DNA of 64,000 nt, from contig JAZPYX010000064.1 in assembly GCA_045544395.1 (NCBI GenBank), positions 39,411-103,410 of the forward strand. Direction: 5' to 3'. The position numbers and the translations under genes were made by a program. The stretch is from Clostridia bacterium. GTDB lineage: Bacteria > Bacillota > Clostridia > UMGS1883. The notes beneath the pieces are model-generated. The model ran no database searches, was not told where the DNA came from, and saw nothing but the letters and a program-made list of their open reading frames with translations. Shown one piece after another: positions 18,983 through 27,254 of the stretch (within the stretch, counting starts at the first letter, position 1; every line of letters starts with the position of its first letter).

Positions 18983-21691
18983 ATGGATTTCAAAAATATA
19001 AAAAACAAATATAAACCGCAGCCTCTTTGGTTGTGGAATTCAAAACTTAATATTGACGCCACCGTAAACAGTGTAAAAAATATGCTCGACAGTTCTTTGG
19101 GCGGATTTATAATAAGTCCACATTGCGGGCTCAACAGCACATATTTGTCAGACGAATGGCTGCGTAATGTATCTGCTGCACTTAACTGTGCAGCAGATAC
19201 TTGTGTGCAGTGGTGGTTTTGTAACGAAACATCCGGATATTCCGGAAGCTCCTGTGCTGATGTTTCTTCTATGGGGCTTGAATACCATCAGAAGTTTTTA
19301 CGTTATGAATCAGGGGAAAAAACCAATGAGCGTACCATTATTTTTCACCTCGGCTACCACTTTTTTTATGATGAAAATCCCGTATGCATTGACCCCTTTA
19401 ATGACAATGCTTCACAAATTTATCTAAACGAATCATTTTCTCCGTATGTTGGCGAAAACGGGAATATCTGCGGTTTTGTTTTTGATGTTTCTCCGTTTTT
19501 TACTGAAAATATTCCATGGAGTTTTTCGTTTCCTGAAAAATACAAAAATGAGTATGGCGAGGAATTGCTTGACGTACTTATTGAACTTTTTAAGCCAGTA
19601 GGAACATATACTGATACAAGATTCAAATTCTGGACACTTATATTCAAGCTTCTGTGTAATAATTTTCTTTTACCGATATATAACTGGTGTACGGAAAATG
19701 GTTTGAAATTATCTGTCAAGGTTCCGGAAAATAATTTATACGACCCTATATGCAAGGCCGCATTTATGAAAATATGCAGCTACGCACATATCCCCTGTTT
19801 TGAGGTTTCATCATTAAAAAACATATCCCCCGTTAAGGCTCTTTTGGCGTCATCTCTTTCCCATCAGATGGGAAAAGAACAAACGTGTGCAATGCTCTAT
19901 TCCTCATGCGGTCACAGCCGCAGTTTTGATGAATTAAAGCATATGGCACAGGCCAACATCGTCAGAGGGATAGATAAAATTGTTCCTTGTTCTGTAGCTA
20001 ATTCTCTTGACGGATTCAGGAAGTATACCGTATCAACGCCTATGACTTTCCAGAAATACCGTAACGTGGAAAATAGTATTTTTAACAGTGTAATTGGTCG
20101 CACATGCAATATTCTTGGAGAAGGCAAGGTACGTTTTGATACACTCCTTATCCACAACCTCGCTTCTTCTCTCAGCACTTTTGAGGCAGACGATAAAAAT
20201 TATACAGATGAAAACCTTATTAAATTAGAAAAAGCTATTGACATTCTTGAAAAGAAACATATTCCATTCCATCTTGGAGACGAAATGATTTTAAGGGATT
20301 TCGCACGTGTAGAAGGAAACTCTATAATTATAGGTCAGCAAAAATATCAAACTATCGTTTTGACGGAAACCCCCGTCCTGCTTGAAAGTACAACTGCTCT
20401 TCTTGCAGAATTCGAGAGAAGTGGCGGATTTATTGTTATGGCCAAGTCTTTGAAAAACAATCCTATCTGCGATAATGAAAATCTTCTTTATACAAAAAGG
20501 CAATATTCAGGCTTTAACATACATTATTTTGTGAATAATTCAGAAGAATCTTTCACAGCTGCAATTACATCTGGAAGCAAGCTTATAGACGCTTCTACCG
20601 GGGAGATTCTTCCGTTTTTCGGAATATATAAATTCAGCCCTTACGAATCAATTCTTGTTCTTGACGACGGAACGGCTCAACCTCAAAGGCCGTACCTCAA
20701 GCCATTAAAATCACTTGATATTTCCGGTACATGGCAAGTTGATAGTTATACACCGAACTACTTTCTCATTGACAAATGTAATCTTTATATTAATGGCGAA
20801 CTGCAATATGAAAATATGTCCGCACAGAATACTACAGACGTTATTTCAGTACTTTCGGAGCCATCTGAAATCGAATGTGTTTATAAGTTTGATGTATTAT
20901 CTGAAATTTCTGAACTGTATCTTTCATATGAAAACTATGATACCTTCACACTCAAGTTGAATGGTACTGTAATAAAAAATGAAATTATTAAGCAAACAGA
21001 TTCAGATTTGTTTGCTAAAATCAATATATCAGAATACATTATTAAAGGAACCAATATCCTTTCGCTATCGGCAAAGCATTCTCTTAACAATAAATTTAGA
21101 GCACTCTATGAAAAGGCATCCCTTTACAATTCAGAGCTGAACAGAATTACTTACCCAAAAGAATTTCCGCCTTTATATCTTTCAGGAAACTTTTCCGTTA
21201 TATGTGACGGCACGTTCAGAAAACTGGACAAAAAGGCATGCCGCTATTTAGGCGGTTTCAAGCTGGATAAAACAGTCATCGAAAGCTCTGTTTCAAATTT
21301 AGAAAAAAACGGTTTTCCTTTTTTTGCAGGTCAGATAACACTGAAAAAGACGTTTAACCTTTCTGATACGTCTTACTGTATAAAACTTATGCCAAAAGGA
21401 ATACGAAGTATATCTGTGTATGTAAACGGAAAACCTGTCGATACCATGCTGTACAGTCCTTTTGAATGTGACATATCTAATCATCTTGTTAAAGGTGATA
21501 ACATCATACAGCTTACACTTACTACCAATTTGCGTAATTTATTCGGGCCACACCATCTTCCTTTAGGTGAGCTTTATGAAGTTAGTACAAAAGATTATTA
21601 CGGTGCCCCCTGTATATGGAACGGATATAAAAATTCCCCCTGGGAAGAAAATTATTGTTTTATTGAATTTGGCATTGATTCTGCGGAGTAA
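18983..21691 (+). CDS. Large glycoside-hydrolase-like protein (GH106-like family)
   Basis: 902 aa. The N-terminus ..YKPQPLWLWNSKLNID..LGGFIISPHCGL.. matches the P-x-P-(F/L)-W-x-W-N start of a widespread family of putative rhamnosidase-type hydrolases. The specific activity cannot be verified here. Confidence 0.45.
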   Translation: MDFKNIKNKYKPQPLWLWNSKLNIDATVNSVKNMLDSSLGGFIISPHCGLNSTYLSDEWLRNVSAALNCAADTCVQWWFCNETSGYSGSSCADVSSMGLEYHQKFLRYESGEKTNERTIIFHLGYHFFYDENPVCIDPFNDNASQIYLNESFSPYVGENGNICGFVFDVSPFFTENIPWSFSFPEKYKNEYGEELLDVLIELFKPVGTYTDTRFKFWTLIFKLLCNNFLLPIYNWCTENGLKLSVKVPENNLYDPICKAAFMKICSYAHIPCFEVSSLKNISPVKALLASSLSHQMGKEQTCAMLYSSCGHSRSFDELKHMAQANIVRGIDKIVPCSVANSLDGFRKYTVSTPMTFQKYRNVENSIFNSVIGRTCNILGEGKVRFDTLLIHNLASSLSTFEADDKNYTDENLIKLEKAIDILEKKHIPFHLGDEMILRDFARVEGNSIIIGQQKYQTIVLTETPVLLESTTALLAEFERSGGFIVMAKSLKNNPICDNENLLYTKRQYSGFNIHYFVNNSEESFTAAITSGSKLIDASTGEILPFFGIYKFSPYESILVLDDGTAQPQRPYLKPLKSLDISGTWQVDSYTPNYFLIDKCNLYINGELQYENMSAQNTTDVISVLSEPSEIECVYKFDVLSEISELYLSYENYDTFTLKLNGTVIKNEIIKQTDSDLFAKINISEYIIKGTNILSLSAKHSLNNKFRALYEKASLYNSELNRITYPKEFPPLYLSGNFSVICDGTFRKLDKKACRYLGGFKLDKTVIESSVSNLEKNGFPFFAGQITLKKTFNLSDTSYCIKLMPKGIRSISVYVNGKPVDTMLYSPFECDISNHLVKGDNIIQLTLTTNLRNLFGPHHLPLGELYEVSTKDYYGAPCIWNGYKNSPWEENYCFIEFGIDSAE

Positions 21692-21693
21692 AT

Positions 21694-22869
21694 ATGTATA
21701 CACTTATAGAAATATTTGATTCTAAACAATATGAAAATGTGATAACGCCCTCTACTTTAGATGATATAAGCAAAGTAGTCTATGTAGGAACAAAAAATAT
21801 TATGACATCGCGCAAAAAACAGGCAATCACAGATTTTTTCAAGCGACGCAATATTTCTTTCAAGGTTGAATTTTTCACAATTGAAAGAGATGACTCCGTA
21901 AAAGCGGAAGAAGTCATAGAGTATATATTAAGCCATAATTGCAACTGTATTTTCGATGCAACAGGCGGTGAGGATGTTATCCTTACTATCGTCGGTGCCT
22001 GCGCACAAGCACACTCCGTTCCCATCGTACGGACGAATCCTGTCGACGGAAAAGTCGCACTAATCCGCGGAGAAGTAAATAATCTTAAATACAATAAGGC
22101 TTCACTCACCTTAGATGACATCATATGCTTACAGGGTGGAAATATAATTCATAGCACACAAATAAGCACCCTCTCCATAGAGGAATGTGCCGATATAAAA
22201 AAACTTTTTAAAGTTAACGCCTATGATTGCGAGGCATATAGCTTATTTATCAATTTCATATCAGAATATATGTCTGATGATTTAACCGAAATTGTTATTC
22301 CCTATGAAAAATTTCACTCCTTATCCGTTTACCGCTATAAAAAAGCAAAAAAGATTTTGGATATGCTTTTATCAAACTCTCTCATAAGGAAGTTTAACCC
22401 TCAAAAACAATACTACTCTTTTAAAATAAAGAATAAGCTCATTGCACTATGCCTCAAAAAGTCAGGAAATATTCTTGAGTATTATACAGCAATGGCAGTG
22501 ATGCATTCTCGTAATTTATTTAAAGAAATACGACTTGGTACTACCATAGAATGGAACAGTTCTTCTAATTCTTTTGACACACAAAACGAAATAGATGTTA
22601 TGACTGTATCAGATAATTTTCCCGTTTTTATCTCGTGCAAAAACGGAAGTATTAAAAAAGATGCACTTTATGAGCTTGATGCTGTATCAAGAGCTCTTGG
22701 CGGTGCGTATACAAAAAAAGTACTTGTTTGCACATACATATCTGAAAACGCATCCTCACGAGAGCACTTTATAAAGCGTGCGAAGGATATGAATATACAA
22801 ATCATTTACGACGTTCACAAAATGACCTACGAACAATTTCTCAATTATCTAAAAATTTCAGTGTATTGA
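21694..22869 (+). CDS. CARF domain + PD-(D/E)xK nuclease-fold protein (Card1/Can2-like, DUF1887-type)
   Basis: 391 aa. The N-terminal half has a CARF-like pattern (..KVVYVGTKNIM.., ..IFDATGGEDVILTIVG..). The C-terminal half has ..GNILEYY.., ..NEIDVM.., ..VFISCKNG.. and ..LYELDAVSRALGGAYTKKVLV... It starts 2 nt after the preceding stop codon. Confidence 0.6.
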   Translation: MYTLIEIFDSKQYENVITPSTLDDISKVVYVGTKNIMTSRKKQAITDFFKRRNISFKVEFFTIERDDSVKAEEVIEYILSHNCNCIFDATGGEDVILTIVGACAQAHSVPIVRTNPVDGKVALIRGEVNNLKYNKASLTLDDIICLQGGNIIHSTQISTLSIEECADIKKLFKVNAYDCEAYSLFINFISEYMSDDLTEIVIPYEKFHSLSVYRYKKAKKILDMLLSNSLIRKFNPQKQYYSFKIKNKLIALCLKKSGNILEYYTAMAVMHSRNLFKEIRLGTTIEWNSSSNSFDTQNEIDVMTVSDNFPVFISCKNGSIKKDALYELDAVSRALGGAYTKKVLVCTYISENASSREHFIKRAKDMNIQIIYDVHKMTYEQFLNYLKISVY

Positions 22870-22882
22870 AAGGAAAATATAT

Positions 22883-24571
22883 ATGAAAAGATTACTTTGT
22901 ATATTACTTTTGTTTTTACTTTGTTTTTGCATATCAACCTACTCTTATGCGGCTGAATTGTTAAGCAGAAATGAAGTATCATCCGAAAATCTTACTCCAC
23001 CCATATGGATGCAGGCAGATATTCTTATTGACAATGAGAATATTCCTGTTGCGACAAGCAGCATCATGCTTAGCAAGCAAGAAATGGGGTTTTCAACACC
23101 ATATGGAAATGCACAGAAATTTACTAATCTCGTGGACGGATACAGTATCGTAATTCCATCTGATATGAATGTTGATATGTCTCTTTCAGACGTATGTGCA
23201 ACTTTCAGCAATCAGACAAGGACGCTAAGAGTTTTCAAAGAAACATTTATTACTGCATCCGACAGGCTTTCTTATCTTACTTATTCAAATCTTTTCATCG
23301 AGAATACAACAGAACATACCAAAGAAGTTGATACTTCGTTTAATCTTGACGGAGTCGATTACCATATACTTCAGTGGTCAAGACGCGCATTAAAAAATGT
23401 AGCTAACGATAAAAATTTCTACGCCTGTATAGACGTATGTATAGGGGCCAGAGTTTATACATTTTTCTTTACATCCAGTACCCCGTTTGCTTCACAGGAC
23501 GATTATATGAATATTGTAAAATCACTGGTTACATCTGACCCGGTAGTTCCAAAAGAAAACGCCTATAATCATGGCTATAAAATGAGTGATTTATCACACC
23601 TGAACCCTACTACCAAGGCAACGTATGACAAATTATTTTCAGAGTCTTCCGAATTCAAAATGGGTATTTTTTCTCCGGAAGTATACGGTGGTTACAACAA
23701 AATGTACAATATAGAAAATTATATTGGATATGACTTTTGTACATTTTTGCAATATACAGAGTGTACGGACAGTTACGGTATGTCAAACAATGAATATCAG
23801 GCTAAAGTTTCAAACTATATAAATAATATCCAGTTAGACTTTGAATTTGCAAGGAACAAAAACAAACACATAGAACTGACACTTCAGCCCCCGCTGAATC
23901 GTGCTACCGGTGCCAATATGGTGTATGAAATACTAGACGGTAATTACGACTATTTTATTTCACAGTATATTACGCTTATACAAAAAAATGCCGATGTTAC
24001 AGTTCTTTTCAGACCTTTTAATGAAATGAACGGTGACTGGTGCTCTTACAGTGCTTACCATACATCGAGAGATCCGCAGATTTATATTGAGCTCTACAAA
24101 TACCTTTATAAGAAGTTTGAAAAAGCCGGTTGTAAAAATGTGATATGGGTATGGAATCCTAACGAAAAAAGTTATCCTGATTTTAAATGGAATAATGAAG
24201 CACTTTATTATCCCGGAGATGAATATGTTGATGTTTACGGTATAACAGGTTACAATAACGGAACATATTACAAGGGAGAAACCTGGCGCTCTTTTGATGA
24301 AATTTATGAGCCAATTTATAAAAGAGCACTAAAAATCAATGAAAAGCCAATAATGATTACAGAATTTTCGTGTTCTGCAATCGGTGGGGATAAAATAGCA
24401 TGGATAGAAGATATGTTTAACGCTCTTCCCAAGTATGATAAAATCAAGCTTGCTATATGGTGGCATCACGCTGACTATGACGGAGAAAAGCTTTCTCGTC
24501 CTTATTTCATAGACACCCCTGAAGGAACGCTTGATGTATTCAAAAAATACTTAGGGAAAGGAGGAATTTAA
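22883..24571 (+). CDS. GH26-like glycoside hydrolase with an unknown ~250-aa N-terminal domain
   Basis: It has a signal/anchor sequence MKRLLCILLLFLLCF... The GH26-type blocks are VLFRPFNEMNGDW, VIWVWNPNE, YYPGDEYVDVYGITGYN and IMITEFS. Confidence 0.7.
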   Translation: MKRLLCILLLFLLCFCISTYSYAAELLSRNEVSSENLTPPIWMQADILIDNENIPVATSSIMLSKQEMGFSTPYGNAQKFTNLVDGYSIVIPSDMNVDMSLSDVCATFSNQTRTLRVFKETFITASDRLSYLTYSNLFIENTTEHTKEVDTSFNLDGVDYHILQWSRRALKNVANDKNFYACIDVCIGARVYTFFFTSSTPFASQDDYMNIVKSLVTSDPVVPKENAYNHGYKMSDLSHLNPTTKATYDKLFSESSEFKMGIFSPEVYGGYNKMYNIENYIGYDFCTFLQYTECTDSYGMSNNEYQAKVSNYINNIQLDFEFARNKNKHIELTLQPPLNRATGANMVYEILDGNYDYFISQYITLIQKNADVTVLFRPFNEMNGDWCSYSAYHTSRDPQIYIELYKYLYKKFEKAGCKNVIWVWNPNEKSYPDFKWNNEALYYPGDEYVDVYGITGYNNGTYYKGETWRSFDEIYEPIYKRALKINEKPIMITEFSCSAIGGDKIAWIEDMFNALPKYDKIKLAIWWHHADYDGEKLSRPYFIDTPEGTLDVFKKYLGKGGI

Positions 24572-25003
24572 TTGAGTATACTATGGACATTAGCTATCGT
24601 TGTTTTCTTAATTTTTGAAGCATCCACATTTCAGTTTGTCTGTATATGGTTTGCAGGCGGAGCACTTGGTGCTTTAATTTGTTCCTTGTTTAATCTTAAC
24701 ATCTGGATTCAGCTTTCCGTATTTTTTGCTATCACTATCATACTCCTTCTGTGCACAAAAAAAGTAGTTCGTAAGTTAAAAGAAGGTTCAGGCGAAAAAA
24801 CAAATGCCGAGGCTTTGATTGGTCAGGCAGCAATTATAACTCAATCTATTTCAGACAACAACTCTTCCGGAGAAGCAAAAATCCAGGGACAGATGTGGAG
24901 TGCAAGAAGTCTTGACGGAAATGATATTCCTGAAGGAAGCATTGTCACGGTAGAAAAAATCAGTGGAGTTAAATTAATTGTAAAAAATAAAGAGGAGGAC
25001 TAA
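24572..25003 (+). CDS. NfeD family membrane protein
   Basis: The TTG start is 6 nt after AAAGGAGGA. It has three TM helices and then an OB-fold tail ..GEAKIQGQMWSARS..GSIVTVEKISGVKLIV... Confidence 0.8.
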   Translation: MSILWTLAIVVFLIFEASTFQFVCIWFAGGALGALICSLFNLNIWIQLSVFFAITIILLLCTKKVVRKLKEGSGEKTNAEALIGQAAIITQSISDNNSSGEAKIQGQMWSARSLDGNDIPEGSIVTVEKISGVKLIVKNKEED

Positions 25004-25005
25004 AG

Positions 25006-25887
25006 ATGGGCATTATTTTTGTATTATTTCTCATAGCAATCATAGTTGCGATTGCTAACATCAAAATCGTTCCGCAGGCATACGCATACGTTATTGAAAG
25101 ACTTGGTGCGTATCAGGCAACATGGTCAGTGGGTCTTCACATCAAGGTTCCTTTTATTGACCGCATAACAAAAAAGGTTAACCTTAAAGAACAGGTTGTG
25201 GACTTTCCTCCCCAGCCGGTTATTACTAAAGATAACGTATCTATGCAAATTGATACTGTAATTTATTTTCAGATTACGGACCCAAAGCTTTATACCTATG
25301 GTGTTGAGCGTCCCATGATGGCTATTGAAAACCTTACGGCTACAACTCTTCGAAATATTATCGGTGACCTTGACCTTGACGGAACACTTACTTCAAGAGA
25401 TACTGTAAACACAAAGATGCGTGCTATTCTTGATGAAGCAACAGATCCTTGGGGAATAAAAATCAACCGTGTTGAGCTTAAAAATATTATCCCACCTAAG
25501 GAAATTCAGAATGCTATGGAAAAGCAGATGAAAGCTGAGCGTGAACGCCGTGAAGCAATCCTTCGTGCAGAGGGTGAAAAGAAGTCAGCAATTCTTCTTG
25601 CAGAAGGTGAAAAGGAATCTGCAATTCTTCGTGCGGAAGCTAAGAAGCAAGCTGCCATTAAAGAAGCAGAAGGTGAAGCTGATGCTATTATCGCAGTGCA
25701 GACTGCTATTGCAGAAGGTATCCGCAAAATTAACGAGGCAAATCCTTCAAAAGAATATGTTGCAATAAAGTCACTTGAAAGCATGGAAAAAGTTGCAAAC
25801 GGTCAGGCTACAAAGATTATTATTCCATCAGAAATGCAGTCACTGGCAGGACTTGCAGCATCTTGCAAAGAATTATTTAAAGACTGA
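25006..25887 (+). CDS. SPFH/band 7 (stomatin-like) protein
   Basis: It has an N-terminal anchor, an SPFH core (..VIERLGAY.., ..TKDNV.., ..YFQI.DP..) and an Ala/Glu-rich coiled-coil tail. It forms the classical pair with the preceding NfeD gene. Confidence 0.9.
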   Translation: MGIIFVLFLIAIIVAIANIKIVPQAYAYVIERLGAYQATWSVGLHIKVPFIDRITKKVNLKEQVVDFPPQPVITKDNVSMQIDTVIYFQITDPKLYTYGVERPMMAIENLTATTLRNIIGDLDLDGTLTSRDTVNTKMRAILDEATDPWGIKINRVELKNIIPPKEIQNAMEKQMKAERERREAILRAEGEKKSAILLAEGEKESAILRAEAKKQAAIKEAEGEADAIIAVQTAIAEGIRKINEANPSKEYVAIKSLESMEKVANGQATKIIIPSEMQSLAGLAASCKELFKD

Positions 25888-25921
25888 TAATATAGAAAGC
25901 GAATATAAAACAACTTTCTGC

Positions 25922-25963
25922 ATAATAAAACAAAGACCTCTAATGAGGTCTTTGTTTTATTAT
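25922..25963. terminator. Bidirectional terminator (19-bp stem)
   Basis: ATAATAAAACAAAGACCTC-TAAT-GAGGTCTTTGTTTTATTAT lies between the convergent SPFH and MFS genes. Confidence 0.8.
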
Positions 25964-27249
25964 GCATATTCTTTTTTCTTAAGTGCATTAACAACAAATA
26001 TATGAAACAGAGCTATCGTTAAAATTCTTACCAGTACTGCTATTACCGCAAGCACCTGTTGCCCGTAGATGTGTATTCCGAAAACCATATTGCCGCCGGC
26101 TTGTATACTACTTAATATGAAGCCACCAATCAGTGCACCCAAAAAAGAAAAACCACCCGAAAACACACTTTTGATTGCCATTGCCTGAGTTATGTAATTA
26201 TTCGGAAGCATCTGATAAGATATATTGAAGCCATTCTGATACGAGCCTGCATTTGATGCTACAAGAAGCATTGTATATACAGTTACCAGATACCATGTTT
26301 TAGGAGTAGTAAATATAATTGAAGTAAACGCAAGTATACTAAGCATACTTGCAAGCTCTATTCCCTTTGCAAATCCGTATTTGTCGGAAAATTTACCAAA
26401 AGGCTTGGAAACTATCAGTCTGAGAAAATCTGCAAGAATATTAATAAGCTGAATTGTAAAAATCGGCATAAGCAAATCGTTTATTTTATACACACCGATA
26501 AATCCGTTCAGAAGTCCGTTTGCAAAATTCGATCCACTGCTTATAGCCACATAAGCTATAAAAGTGCTGTTCGTTTTTATGTAGCCGAGCACTTCCCCAA
26601 ACGACATACGCATTGCTTCCTGCTCTTTTTTATCCTCTTCCCGTATCATTTTAAGGCAAATATAATTAATCAGGTTAATCACAAGCATTGTAATAGCAAT
26701 TACTAAAAATCCGCCTTCAAGATTTTTCTGTTTGTCAAATGCATCTATTACGTACCCCATAACCGTTGCAAATACTATCCCGCAAATCAGCGATATGCAT
26801 TCTTTATTTGCTGAAAAAACACCGCGTTTTTCAGGATGGACATATTCATTTGCCCATTTAAAATACAATGTAATTACCAGATATTTGCCACCATAGGCTA
26901 AGACAATGGAAAGAATTGCAAGAATCCTTTTTGCAATATCCGGAATTGGCAAAAACGGAATAAAATACAAAAGCATAAAACAGAACTGACTTAAACAATC
27001 CGAAATCATTACACTTTTTTTAGTTGAGAGTTTTGATTTCACTAAGAATACAGACAGTATCTGAAAAACAAATGCAATCGAAACAAAGGACGCTATAACA
27101 CCTATCGCTGCATCACTTAGTCCAATATATGTTAGAAGCTTTGCAAGGTATGCATCTACTACAAAAAGTCCGAGAAGATGCTCTATCGTGCACTGCGTAA
27201 CATAAGCTTTTCTGCTGCGTTTATAATCCGGTGATTCAAATTCATTCAT
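25960..27249 (-). CDS. MFS transporter
   Basis: 429 aa with ~12 hydrophobic segments. A GGGGGT RBS precedes it. It lies 5 nt downstream of the 620-aa gene. Confidence 0.7.
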   Translation of the reverse strand: MNEFESPDYKRSRKAYVTQCTIEHLLGLFVVDAYLAKLLTYIGLSDAAIGVIASFVSIAFVFQILSVFLVKSKLSTKKSVMISDCLSQFCFMLLYFIPFLPIPDIAKRILAILSIVLAYGGKYLVITLYFKWANEYVHPEKRGVFSANKECISLICGIVFATVMGYVIDAFDKQKNLEGGFLVIAITMLVINLINYICLKMIREEDKKEQEAMRMSFGEVLGYIKTNSTFIAYVAISSGSNFANGLLNGFIGVYKINDLLMPIFTIQLINILADFLRLIVSKPFGKFSDKYGFAKGIELASMLSILAFTSIIFTTPKTWYLVTVYTMLLVASNAGSYQNGFNISYQMLPNNYITQAMAIKSVFSGGFSFLGALIGGFILSSIQAGGNMVFGIHIYGQQVLAVIAVLVRILTIALFHIFVVNALKKKEYA

Positions 27250-27254
27250 TTAAA

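Noticed and set aside
25506-25784. Repetitive AEGEK(K/E)SAIL(L/R)AE region and antisense ORFs in the SPFH gene
   Set aside because: An Ala/Glu-rich heptad coiled-coil tail is normal for stomatin-like SPFH proteins. It is not an independent repeat element or gene.
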